NCBI GenBank assembly: GCA_030704615.1
Contig: CM060734.1
Coordinates: forward strand, 34,968,001-35,032,000
Source: Takakia lepidozioides
Taxonomy: Eukaryota > Plantae > Bryophyta
Direction of reading: 5' to 3'
DNA length: 64,000 bases
In this document: piece by piece, positions 1 to 11,659 of the stretch
Position numbering within the stretch: position 1 is the stretch's first letter
Layout of the letters: each line of letters opens with the position of its first letter
The notes under the pieces: model-generated
Database searches by the model: none
The model's input: the letters and a program-made list of their open reading frames with translations, nothing else
Told to the model about the DNA's origin: nothing
Translations under genes and position numbers: made by a program

Positions 1-634
1 GGTGATTGATTGATCATTTAGTTAGGCTCATCATTTGTTTGTTAGTTATATCTTGATTTTTTGTGTCTACAGAGGAAGGTTGGGAGGACGGCTTGGATGA
101 TCGTGCTGGCGCGCTTGAAATTGTCCTCGAAGCCAACGATTACTTATATACGAAGCTTTTGTGGGAAAATAAAAAAGAGTAGATGAAAGAAATGAGAGGA
201 CAAAAAGTAGGAAAATGGACTTTCATGCACCCTCGTAAAGTGCGTGAAGCACAGGAGCGGGCTAGAAAGAGAGTGCATGAGAGAGAATGAACAGAAGAGA
301 TAGAATGGGAGATTGTTCCGGAGGAGAGAAATACAAGAGAAGATAAATGAGGAAAAAAGAGGAAAGAGATGAAGGTGAGGATAACGAGCAAGGGGAGGAA
401 GTTCAAGAGGAAAGGGTTCCAAGAAAGTTTAGATGATGAGACATTTCTATGTGAACAGACGATTATGCAAACTCGAAACAATTGCATAAATATATGAATT
501 TATCTTGCAATGCTACTATATTGTATGTTATGTGATACTCAAATCAATTCCACAAATGTTTGAATGTATAATGCAATATATTTATGTCTTATATGGTTGT
601 ACATAAGTATAACTACATATGTATAATAATATGA

Positions 635-949
635 TTACACATTCTGTCATACACATAAGAAAAAATGTATATAACTTAGTTTGGAAATGTTGTATAAGTT
701 AGATAATATTGTCTGAAGCTTCAATGGTAAATGGATCATATGTATAAAAGTGTATGGCTCTTCTCCATATTCATTGACACTTACACTTGCTCTGGTTACA
801 CATCCCACCATACACATAAGAGAAAATGTATAGAAATTAGTTTGGAAGTGTTGTATAAGTTAGTCAATATTGTCTCAAACTTCTATGGTTTGGATCATAT
901 TCATAAAAGTGTATGGTTCTTCTTCATGTTCATTGACACTTACATTTGT
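635..949. repeat. Two diverged tandem copies of a ~161-bp AT-rich unit
   Basis: ACACATAAGA-AAAATGTATA...CATTGACACTTACA occurs from 651 and again from 812. Confidence 0.8.
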
Positions 950-1044
950 ACTCATCTTCAGATATATGGATTATGTAGCTTGGATATGACACTTTTATGG
1001 ATCTATACATACATCTTCCATCTATAATGAATCACATTTTTATA

Positions 1045-2450
1045 CCTTCAGCCATTGTCATAGACAAATACAAGACAAATGTCAATTCCATTAATGCGGT
1101 CGTACTGTTGGAAAGATGAGGTTATTGGCAAAGAACAAGTTGTGGGAATAGTACTCCTATGTCGTTTTCATGTCATGAAAGCATGGAGTAAAAACCTTTT
1201 ACCTCGTGTTTTCCTCAAAGAAAGGACGATGTTGTGGCATCGTTTGCACGAAATAATATTTTGTGCCAATGAGGCTATGTTTGATGTGAACTTGGAGAAG
1301 TTTTACAATGATTTCAAGCATTTGCAAGGGGTGGAATAATACACAAGAACCGGTTGGGCTAATGAAAGACTTGTTTGGAGAAAAATGTGACCAACATTTG
1401 GAAGACTATTTGCGTATGGAGAGATGGACACGACCAATCATGTGGAACACCATTGGGAATGGATAAAATATACGTTATTTGGAGACGAAGTCAATCAATC
1501 CATTCGAGATATCATTGGGAGTGCTGCTGATGGTATACGCATAGGTGGACCAATATTGAGAGCTTACTTCAAATAATGTCAAGCCATGGATAAGAATAAT
1601 CCGAAATATATAGCAACATGTTTAAGTGTTGTTCAATTTATTAATGTTTTTTTTTTTTTTTTTTTTTTCACCATTTTCACCTAAATGTTTGCATATCGTG
1701 GACTATAGATGATTCCGGAAAATTTGCAAGAAGTGCAAATGACGAGTTTCATCGTCGTCGACTGGCGGGAGGTCAACGGTTACTCATACAACTCAAATCC
1801 AAATGGAGTCATCAAAGTGATGGATCAAGCTCTTATTTCAAGCGACAAGTGAAAATTCAACAAACCATTGGTACAACGTGTCCTTGAGTTCTCACTATTG
1901 TAATTGTCCCACTATGTATAGCTCATGTAAACATATCATTGGAATTCTGACACAAATGAATGTTTTCCAACTTCCGAATTGACGAATAAGGCCATGGCGG
2001 ATGATGAGACATACCAATGTCATATGAACGAAGAAATGTCTAATATGAGACAACAAGTGAGTATCATATTGCACCCAAAGTCCTTCAACTCATTGATGAT
2101 TTGGAATAGGAGTTTGCCAACCTACGAAGTCAAATTGAAGATTATTATGAAGAAGAATTGACATGTAAAATGGAGGTGATAAAAGAGTGTACTACGTTCC
2201 TTACCAAACCTTTCATTTTCGATCGACCCTCTACAATATCGCTTCCTTCCAATGGTTCTATACATGCTATACAAGAAAATGTGAGGAGGACACGAATGGG
2301 CCATGACAATTCCAAGAAGCGCGTTGCAATACAAAATAATGATGTTGATCAAGCTTGACCGGAAACTAAACGATCATCGCATATGAAAATATCACGGTCT
2401 TAGCAAAAACGTGTGATTTTCCAAAAATTCCCAAAGTGAGATGTACCGTG
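1045..2450 (+). pseudogene. MULE (Mutator-like) DDE transposase remnant, C-terminal part with SWIM zinc finger
   Basis: PSAIVIDK (second D, ~1045-1068), LLCRFHVMKAW (CxxH), MDTTNHVEHHWEWIK (E region), and SWIM-like WYNVSLSSHYCNCP..CKHIIGI (~1870-1945). Multiple stops and frameshifts. Confidence 0.75.
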
Positions 2451-2766
2451 TGTTTCACAAATACACGAGTTGAAAAGGGCGATGTGACCGTATCACGTCG
2501 AAATTGTGACCTTATTTTGCCGGTGAGATAAACATGACTACACTTTCATTTAGTGTTTTGGAAAATATTATGTGATCACATATTCGAAGTGACATTATTT
2601 TTTTCACTTCATTGTATATTGATGTTTAATAATATCAAATGTTTGACAACTCGCAAGAAATGACCATCTACATATATGATTAATATTTTGCCTTGCACAT
2701 TTTTGTTTGTACATCTTCTTTCTCCTTATTCAATATACATATATGTAGCTCAATAATTGATCATGA

Positions 2767-3127
2767 TATTCAATGCAGTTGAACGGTAAGTTTCTCGCTC
2801 GAATGATTTGTTTATACCTACATAATAATTGATATTTCTTTCGAATCTCGCATGTTCATAAAAAAGTTGGTGGATTGTGGTAGATGCATTGTGTGTAGAC
2901 GATTGGGTGTTGCTCAAGTAGAAGTATCTAGATTTCAACAACAAAAGAAGGTTATTTTTTATCAACCTTATTGTCCCACTCATTGCGACCTGAGGAAAAG
3001 GCCATTTGTTACGGTTATACAAGACGATTTTCATGGTGACTAATGCTAGAAGATTTTCTAGTGGACAATCATCGGCATTTGATTCTAGCGACCTTGAAAA
3101 CAAATCAATATGACCTTCCATTGTATT
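2767..3127 (+). pseudogene. MULE transposase middle fragment (first catalytic D region)
   Basis: YSMQLN, GT-AG intron 2786-2883, then VIFYQPY..RKRPFVTVIQDDF..ARRFS..AFDS.LKTNQYDLPLY, which resembles the MULE DST.KTN.Y.LPLY motif. Frameshifted. Confidence 0.65.
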
Positions 3128-3170
3128 GCCAATTGCTCAACTTCTTTAGGAATGAGGAAAAAGTAGTATG

Positions 3171-3800
3171 TGTCAAGGACGAGAACATGACCGAACACAA
3201 ACAAGATATCAGACTAGAGGTACAAGACTAGACAAGAAGTCAAGGTCGGCATGGTCGTATGCACGATGAGTAAATATGAATCAAGATGATCTTTATAACA
3301 ATGAACTAAAGTACAAGATATTGGAACACGACTTGAATACTAGAATGCTGGAAACTGGACTGAAGTACCAGATACTGGAAACTGGGCTGGAGTACTGGGA
3401 ACTGGAAATAAGAGTAGCTTGAACTGGTGTTGGCGAGACTGAAGAGTGTTCAGTCTCGTCTCCTATATATACTGGCTACTAAGAAGCTTCCTTAAGAAGC
3501 TTCCCCATGGAGGTTTCTTGCTGGAAAAGTTTCCAAGATTAAACAAAGGTTTCTTGATAGAGAAGTTTTCTTAAACAAACGAGGTATCTTGATGGAGAAA
3601 TTCCTCCAAAAGAAGCTTCTTGAGCAGTTCCCCAAGTTATTTTTGGTCATTTGGTAAACTCCCGGTAACTTGGTAAGTAATGGTAAATCATGGTAGATCA
3701 TAGTAAATCATGATAAGTCATGGTAACTTCTGATAACATGATAACTTGGTAATTTTTGGTATTTACTCCTGGTAAGTTCCTTTGGGCGATGTCCGTGACA
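3171..3800 (-). repeat. 3' LTR of the chromovirus
   Basis: Direct repeat of 8957-9578. My manual count is about 21 mismatches in the first ~310 bp, mostly transitions. Adjacent PPT (AGAGGAGGGGGTGA on -) at 3801-3814. Confidence 0.95.
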
Positions 3801-3855
3801 TCACCCCCTCCTCTAGCGCCGAGTTCCTCGAGGAGCGGTAAAATCTTGAACTTGC

Positions 3856-4257
3856 TTAGAGTTGGAGAAAATCGAAAATTCGGCAAATGATGCTTGCCAA
3901 GTATTCGGCTCTTCGTTCTTGACTCAAATGATTTATAGGTCCCTGCAATCATCGATAGTGTCCAACACCTTGAACTTGGGACTACATAGTGATTTGAGCA
4001 TTCTGATTTTCGAAGCTGCCTTCAAACATGATTTCGTTGCCCTCTAGGTCCGAAACCTCAACCTCCAACAGAATTATCAGACTTCGAGTAGGCTCCACTT
4101 GCCGTCGTATGGGGTCCAGACAAGGAAGTACGCGTCGCATTGGTGGCCCATCTTCTCGAGAGCGTCGGCGTGATGTTGAAGGTCGTGAGAGTCGGAACGG
4201 CTGATCTGATAGCTGGGTAAGCGACAACTCCAATGTATCTGGTTCCTGTGACTCCAT
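3856..4257 (-). pseudogene. Putative accessory ORF between pol and the 3' LTR
   Basis: ATG at 4257 (MESQEPDTLEL...) runs 133 codons to TAA 3858-3856 if two stops (TAG, TGA; each one C>T from CAG/CGA) are read through. TATATATA box ~50 nt upstream (~4305-4312). Confidence 0.4.
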
Positions 4258-4429
4258 ACTGCCAATACAAGATGCAAGAATGTTGGAAGTACTGGAAGTG
4301 TAGCTATATATACTGATGTGTGGTGCTCATCCCTCCTTAGCGTGTATCAGGTACATTGAATGTGGAGTCTTCACCTTAAAGCTAACTTGGCTGACATCAT
4401 TGATATGACGTCTTATTGACGTGTAGCTT

Positions 4430-7400
4430 GGGGCTTAGCTGGATATCGTTGATGAAACTCTTAGACTTTGTCAGATGCATTGGCGAGGTTGGATGAAGGT
4501 TCTCACGTTCGTTCGCTGATATCGTAGCATTTCCAATGTACGAAATACTCCAGACGTTTATACTTGATGCAAGAGTCTAGGACTTCGTCGACTTCATACT
4601 CAATTTCTTGATTGACTTTGACTGGTGGAGGTGATACGGAGACTCTCCCTGGAATATTCGATGGATGATACAACTCCAATAATGAAACATGAAAATACTG
4701 GATGGATGCGCATACTTCGTGGGAATTCAAGCCGAAAACTCATCGGATTTATTTGTTGAATAATTTTGAATGGTCCCAGGCGTTGATAATCCAACTTCCT
4801 TGATGGTCGCGAAGTTTGTATGTCCCGTCGAAGAAGCCACACACGATCTCCGACCTTGAACTGGGGTTGGAGTTGACGACGTTGATCTGCATACTCATTG
4901 TATTATTTTTGAGCTTCGGCGAGGTGGAATTTAAGCTCCTTGTGAATCGTAGCGAGATGAGTAGCAAGGTTTTCTGCAGCAGGGCTTCCAACAGTCTTTA
5001 TGTGGAAAATGTTTGCTCGAGGATGATGACCATAATTGGAGAAAAATGAAGTTTGTTTGGTCGAAGAATGTATAATGTTGTTGTGGGCAAACTCAGTCAA
5101 TGACAGAAGGTTCGTCCAATCATCTTGGTGATAATATATCGTACAACGAAGATACTGCTCCAAAATTTGGTTTACACGTGCGGTTCGACTATCAGTCTGT
5201 GGATGATTAGCTGCAGAGAGGTTGATCTTAGTATCCAATATGTGAAATAATCCCCTCCAGAAATTTGATATGAATTGTGGTCCTCGATCAGATACGATAT
5301 CCTTCGGGAGTCCATGAATGCGGTAGATATTATTGATGAAAAGTCTTGCAGTTTCCTTGCCGGTAACCGTCTTATTACATGGAATGAAATGTGTCATCTT
5401 TGTAAAACGATCTACAATAACAAGGATTGAATCGGTGGTCTTGGAAATTGGAAGGTCCGTAATAAAGTCCATAGACACGAACGACCATGGACCCTTGGGA
5501 ATGGGTAATGGTTGAAGAAGGTCGTAAGGTCGATGTCGTGGTCCCTTCGCTCTAGCACATGTGTCGCAAAATTTTATAAATTCTTTCACGAGTTTCCACA
5601 TCTGCGGCCACCAATAGTCCCTGGATATCAATTCCATTGTTTTGTTGAAGCCGAAATGTCCTGCAGCCGGAAGATCATGACATGTTTGAAGAATTCGAAG
5701 TCGTGTAGGTCCTGCAAGTACATAGAGAAGTCCTTTGAAATAAAGTAAGTCATCTTTGAATTCGAAGTCGTTTGTAACATGTAGGTTGTCTCGAGGTCGA
5801 TTTAGTTGACTTCGTAGTGTCGTAGCAAATTGGTCGCTCTTCAGTGCTTCCTGAATCTCCTTTATGATCTCTACATCGTCATAGGTGGACATAGATAGTA
5901 TATTCACTTGGAGATTTGCTGGTTTCAAGATAATGGATTTCTGTTGGTCAAAAACTGCATCCCTTTCTTTTGGCGCAAGATATGATCGTCGAGAAAGAGC
6001 ATCTGGTTTTCCTTGAAGATATCTAGGACGGTTGATAATAACAAAATCAAACCTTGTTAGTGACATACTCCATCTCGCTTGACGTCGATTCAAAACTCGA
6101 GCACTCATAAAATACTCGAGGTTTTTGTGATCGGTATAGACTGTGACCCGATGTTTAACTCCCTCCGATAGATGACGTCACTCCTCAAAAGCATCGATAA
6201 TCGCTAAAAGTTCTTTGTCATGGATTTCACAATTGATCCCCGCAGCGGAAAATTTGTGAGAACGAAAACCAACAGGGTGAAGTCGACCATCTGTACCGTA
6301 TTGAGAGAGTACCGCGTCAAGTGCAAAGTTCGATGCAACTGCTTCCAAAAAGAATGGATTAGATGGGTCTGCATGTATCAGTATTAGAGCCGTTGTAAAT
6401 GCCTATTTCAGCCTTTTAAATGTTTGGTCAGCCTTCTCGTCCCATACAAATTTGTCCTTCCCTGTGAGTCGTGTCAATGGTGCAGCAATTTTGGAGTAGT
6501 CCTTGATGAAGATTCTATAGAAATTTGCAAATCCTAGAAAACATTGTACATCTCGGACCGAAGTTGGTTTAATCCACTCGATGATGGTTTGTATTTTCTT
6601 CTGATCCATAAAGACTCATTTGTCGGAAATAATGTAGCCCAAAAATTCGACTTCAGATTGGTGGAAAATACATTTTTCCAACTTGACATATAGTCATTTT
6701 TCCCTCAATTTATCAAGGACAAGGCATACATGGCGGCCATGTTCTTCTTCATTCTGTGAAAATATCAAAATGTCGTCCAAATAAATGACTACAAAGTCAT
6801 CTAAAAATTCTCGAAAGATGTCATTTATCTGTGTTGAAAAATTGCTGGAGTGTAAGACCAAAAGGCATAACACTGTATTCGAAATGTCCGTACCTTGTAC
6901 AAACAACAGTCTTCCATTCGTCTCATTCTTTTATTCGTACAAGGTTGTAAGCTCATCTCAAGTTGATCTTTGTGAAAAAATTTGCTCATCCAAGTTGTTC
7001 GAGGAGTCCGGAAATCAGCGGTAGTGGGTAACGATTTTTTATAGTGACTTTGTTGAGCCCATGATAGTCCACACACATGCGTAACGATTTGTCCTTCTTC
7101 TTCACAAATAAGATAGGTGCTCCCGCGGGTGATTTCGAATGTTGAATGAAATTCTTTGACAAATTTTCATCAATGTATTTGCGTAAAGCAGCTAGCTCCG
7201 TCTGAGATAAATTGTAGATCAGGCCGAATGGTGGTTGAGCTCCTTCTTGCAACTCAATTGCACAATCACAAGGTCGATGTTCTGGCAACATGTCTGCATT
7301 TTTCTTCTCGAAGACATCCTTGAAATCTTGATATTGAGTGGGTAATGTCGAATTACCTTGGTCTGTTGTGGTTTTGATCGGAGTCGCATAAAATACAAAT

Positions 7401-7870
7401 GTCGCGTCTTTCTTCGTAGCTCTCATGAAGGCTCTAGCTCCAAGAAACAGGGGTTGAATACCTTTGGTACTTTGCATTTTTGTCTTGCCAAAATTTTTTC
7501 GTGATCGTCAGTCGATGTCAGGATTATGAAGTACAAACCAGGGAAGTCCAAGGATCACATGATTCGTTGGAGACTGGATGACATTGAGAACAATATGTGA
7601 TGCTTGATTTTTAAGCTTCACTTCAAGGGGTCGAGTTTCATGGTCAAAATTTCCTGATACTAACGGTCATCCATCGATGACTTCAACAGGGGCCGAGAAT
7701 TTCTTTCTTACGAGCGTTAAATTGTGTTGCTTTGCAAAGTCTTTGTAAAAAAAAAGAACTGAAGCGCCCGAGTCTAAAAGTGCTTCTACGGAGATATGTC
7801 GATTTTGCATCCTGATCTTTACTGGAACTTTTTTTTTATGAGGAATTTGGGGTGTCCAGCCGCATGGTCC
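4430..7870 (-). pseudogene. Chromovirus pol: protease, RT, RNase H, integrase, chromodomain (frameshifted)
   Basis: ALLDSGAS (PR), RMCVDY..LNKVT and [11 protein letters not shown] (RT), TDHKNL (RH), HHCC plus SMDF/SDRG (IN; consensus TERVN is TARVN), RLGPFKI, EYEVDEVLDS..EYFVHWKCY (chromodomain). Many stops and frameshifts. Confidence 0.95.
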
Positions 7871-7898
7871 CTACTGTGACTGGATATCTTCGTTTTCC
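7848..7898 (-). promoter_or_regulatory. Putative -1 ribosomal frameshift signal at the gag/pol overlap
   Basis: G_GAA_AAC (7898-7892) in the gag frame, 7-nt spacer, then stem TCCAGTCACA/TGCGGCTGGA (7884-7875 with 7864-7855). Gag stop TAG lies in the loop. Confidence 0.55.
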
Positions 7899-8918
7899 GA
7901 CCTCCTCGTATCGAACACTTGAGTTGTGCCCCGAGCTTTGAATCTTCTCTTGTTGGGGCAGTTTAGTGCTATGTGATCATTTTCTCCGCAATAAAGGCAT
8001 AATCCATTTGAGCGTCGTCTTTGTTTTTTCTTGTGGTGTCAATGGCTTGAATCGGACAGCATCAATCTGCATTGGATCATTACCGGATGTCTGATGGATC
8101 GTTGTGTTTGGTGCCGTGGTAGCAGTGACATGGTGCGTCGTCGACCATCCAGATCGCTTCTTTTGACGTCTTTCGAACAAACAATTATCGCATACAATGA
8201 TTTGGGTGATGAATTCGCTCAGTATACTCATGTTTGGGATCGTCAGCAACAAATCTTTTACATCTTCTTTTATGCCACATCGAAATTGATTAATGAGACT
8301 CTTCTCATTCCAGTCGAGGTCGCACGCGAGTTGTCAAAATTCGGTAGCATAAACAGAAGCTGGACGTGCTCCTTGTCGAAGATTTTGCATCTTTGTCTCT
8401 GCAACTCTCTCTCTATCATTCTCTCCAAACGTTGCAGTGAACTCGGACATGAACGCTTCAAAATTGTATAGTAAATGCGAATTTTTCTCTAGTAGCGGTG
8501 CAAACCAAGATATGGCAGTGCCTAATAGAAGGGTGCCCACGAATCTCACTTGAATACCTTCATCAGGATAGCGTTGTTGATATAATCGTAGGAATAATCG
8601 TACTTGTTGAACAAAACCGCGAAATCTTGATTTTGTCCCATCAGATTTTTCGGGCATACTGATCTTTGGTTCCTTAGTAATCTGTTGAAGATTTGGAGGA
8701 ACCGTTGCAGTAAGATTTGTTGTAGTAGAGACTCGTAAGGTTGAAAATCCATTGTTCGACTCCTTCAACTCTGAAATTTGTTGTTGTAAATTGTTGAGAG
8801 CGTTGCCAAGATCTTGAGACCGATCAGCTTGTAGTTGGGCAGTAGATACATGAAGTTCTTGTATCTGGAGCTGAAGACTCTGCAATGTGGCGACCATTTT
8901 CGCAAATGTGTCTTCCAT
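7871..8918 (-). pseudogene. Chromovirus gag (retrotransposon capsid plus CCHC knuckle)
   Basis: MEDTFAKM..EPKISMPEK..FRGF..LRQG..YATEF, PMQID, CLYCGENDHIALNC. Frameshifts present. Confidence 0.92.
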
Positions 8919-8939
8919 CTTAACTAACTAAGGAACAAA

Positions 8940-8956
8940 CTTTAGTCTCGCCAAAC
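8940..8956 (-). promoter_or_regulatory. Primer-binding site complementary to the element's own R region (self-priming type)
   Basis: PBS TTGGCGAGACT(AAAG) pairs with AGTCTCGCCAA at 9226-9216, which lies 31 nt downstream of the LTR TATA start (9257). Confidence 0.8.
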
Positions 8957-9578
8957 TGTCAAGGACGAGAACATGACTGAACATAAACAAGAGATCAGAT
9001 TAGAGGTACAAGACTAGACAAGAAGTCAAGGTCGGCGTGGTCGTATGCAGGATGAGTAAATAGGAATCAAGATGATCTCTATAACAATGAATAAGAGTAC
9101 AAGATATTGAAACACGACTTGAACACTAGAATGCTGGAAACTGGACTGGAGTACCAGATATTGGAAACTGGGTTAGAGTATTGGGAACTGGAAACAAGAG
9201 TAGCTTGAACTGGTGTTGGCGAGACTGAAGAGTGTCCAGTCTCGCCTCCTATATATACTGGCTACTAAGAAACTTCCGTAAGAAGCTTTCCTTATGGAGG
9301 TTTCTTGCCAGAGAAGTTTCCAAGATTAAACAAATGTTTCTTGATGGAGAAGCTTCCTTAAACAAACAAGATATCTTGATGGAGAAGTTTTCTCTAAATG
9401 AAGCTTCCTGAGCAGTTTCCCAAGTTATTCTTGGTAATTTGGTAAACTCCCGGTAACTTGGTAAGTAATGATAAATCATGGTAAATCACGATAAGTCATG
9501 GTAACTTCCAATAGCATGATAACTTGGTTACTTTCGGTATTTACTCTTGGTAAGTTCCTCTGGGCTATGTCCGTGACA
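8957..9578 (-). repeat. 5' LTR of the chromovirus
   Basis: Direct repeat of 3171-3800. TATATATA at 9257-9250 on the minus strand. Confidence 0.95.
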
Positions 9579-9583
9579 GTATG

Positions 9584-10876
9584 TAGCACGCTCCAACTCG
9601 GAAACCATAGCTTGAATGTTTTGGTCATCCCTCGTACTTGCAAGCGCAACCATTGAAGTTGATACCATTCGAGTCAAATTCTCCATTGCAAAGCAATCAC
9701 ATTAGGATGCACCAGTAAAAAAACCTTATCACCCTCAGATCCGGGACGATGTCCACTATGCTTATTATGAACATATATAGTGACTGGTTCTTCAAGATTG
9801 GTCTTCTGACTGTCCATTTTTTCTTGTAAACGAACCACAACTTTAAGAAGAAACTCGCAATCGCATTTTTTTGAATTATTGCCCGTCTATCATGTGATGT
9901 ATCTTGTGGGGTGTTCTTGGTCTGTTTTCGATTCCATTTTTTTCCACTTCGATGACATTGAAATAGCGTAATGCATTTCGTCTCACGTGTCTTTGCATAC
10001 TTTACACGTCTCAACACATCATGTTTCGTGCAAATTTCTTCAAGGGTCATCTCCAAAGACACTTGAGAAACATTATAAACCTCGTCCCAAAACGACTTGT
10101 TACATACCCTACATGATGTAATACATTGTTTGACAAATGATGGTGGAATACCACCTTGTCTTCCATCAGTGCTCCAAGTATTTTTTACCGTAGCTAGCAT
10201 TTGGTACAATGGTAAGTGATTGTCACCATTTTGAATGTGAGCTTCGGCAATGATGGACACCCAATTTTCCAAGCAAGGGACTTGCCTATTTTTCGCATCA
10301 GTTCTTGGAACTAAACTCTTACCTCCTTCAAAATAATGCACATTGTAGTTTCATTGAAGATTTTTCCCATCTTTCAAGGGTAGCTATGGGATTATTTGCA
10401 TCCATATAACGTCCATGACTATGAATAGGTGGTCGGAAATTGGGATCAACTTCACGAATACGTGCAAATGTTGGCAAAACATTTGCTTCTAAATATTCAA
10501 TTATGAGGCTCTTACTTGCAGATGTAAATTGAATAAATTTTGGAGAACGTTCTATCTCTATATTTCCGAAAGTACATAGAAAAGGGTCGTCACCCACTGC
10601 ACATAATTCCACATCATTGTCAATATGGAAAGTTCCATATGTCTCTTCGTGCTCGTCAAATTATGATTCGTGGTTTGTCTCCAATCCACCATCAATATCC
10701 GACTCAACATCCGAAAGCTGAAAATATGCTTCATCAAAAAGATGAGGTAAAAGACACTCACCATGTATGTGTGTACTTTCAAACGTCTCATCCAAACTTG
10801 CGACATATTCCAGCTCATCCTCAAAGTCCGAGAGATAAATAAATGCATCATTTGCAAGATCGTCGTCATCTTCCAT
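9584..10876 (-). pseudogene. MULE-like transposase N-terminal part (continues at 3165-3128 across the gypsy insertion)
   Basis: Acidic N-terminus, HHCC-like AEAH..HL..FVKQCITSCRVC, and WRKY/GCM1-like CHR..KKCDC..HNKHSGHRPG. The frame ELERATY|YFFLIPKEVEQLA is continuous once the gypsy and one TSD copy are removed. Confidence 0.65.
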
Positions 10877-11659
10877 ATTGATTATCTAAACCCTACATCC
10901 TAAACCTTATATTCTCTTACATATTTGTTCAAATGTATTGTATGATAAAATAATAAAGACGTGAGATGAAATAGTATATGTATGTATATCAAAGACAAAG
11001 AGGAATAGACAAAGCAGAATGAGGCTTGTAGCTATGAGACTAAGCTATGAGACTAGACTGACATAGAACATGCAAATAAGAATACCTAGATTTTGAAGGA
11101 AATGAGAGTTATTCACAAGACTAAACAAAGAGACAAAAAGAAAAAGAAAAAAAAGAAAAAAGAGACAAAAGAACATACAAAACAAAAGTAGGGTTTTAGC
11201 TTCGGAATTAGGACAACAACCAACATTGAGATGACAAGCAATTAGAAGAGAGAAGCAAAACAACACAGAACAATAAGGGACTTCATATGGAGATTAGGTT
11301 ACACATGTATGAACTTCATCCAAATCAAATGTACGGGTGACGATTTGAAGAAAAAGATTGTAATATCAAATGTCAAATTTTAAAAAATATATATGTTTTT
11401 TCTATTATATTTCTATATATTTTAGTCATCATAGTTGATTTTGTATTTTTAAAGCCAACATAAACACAAAATAAAAACTAAACCTAACAAGTACATACTC
11501 TAGATGTATTAAACATAGTTTATGAGGAATATAAGATAATGTTTTAATATTACTAAATGGGTTTCAACTTTTTCATATAGATATTATTATTATTATTATT
11601 ATATTTATGAAACTGAATGATTTATTTATATGTTTTTATTCAACATCAATATATGAATC

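Larger units (their letters stand above)
3171..9578 (-). mobile_element. Full-length, decayed Ty3/gypsy chromovirus (Tcn1-like) LTR retrotransposon
   Basis: Two LTRs TGTCAAGGAC...GTCCGTGACA. 5-bp TSD GTATG at 3166-3170 and 9579-9583. Domain order gag-PR-RT-RH-IN-chromodomain on the minus strand. PPT and PBS adjoin the LTRs. Confidence 0.97.

Noticed and set aside
70-490. Glu/Lys/Arg-rich plus-strand frame at the window start
   Set aside because: Low-complexity purine-rich sequence with stops; identity cannot be supported.
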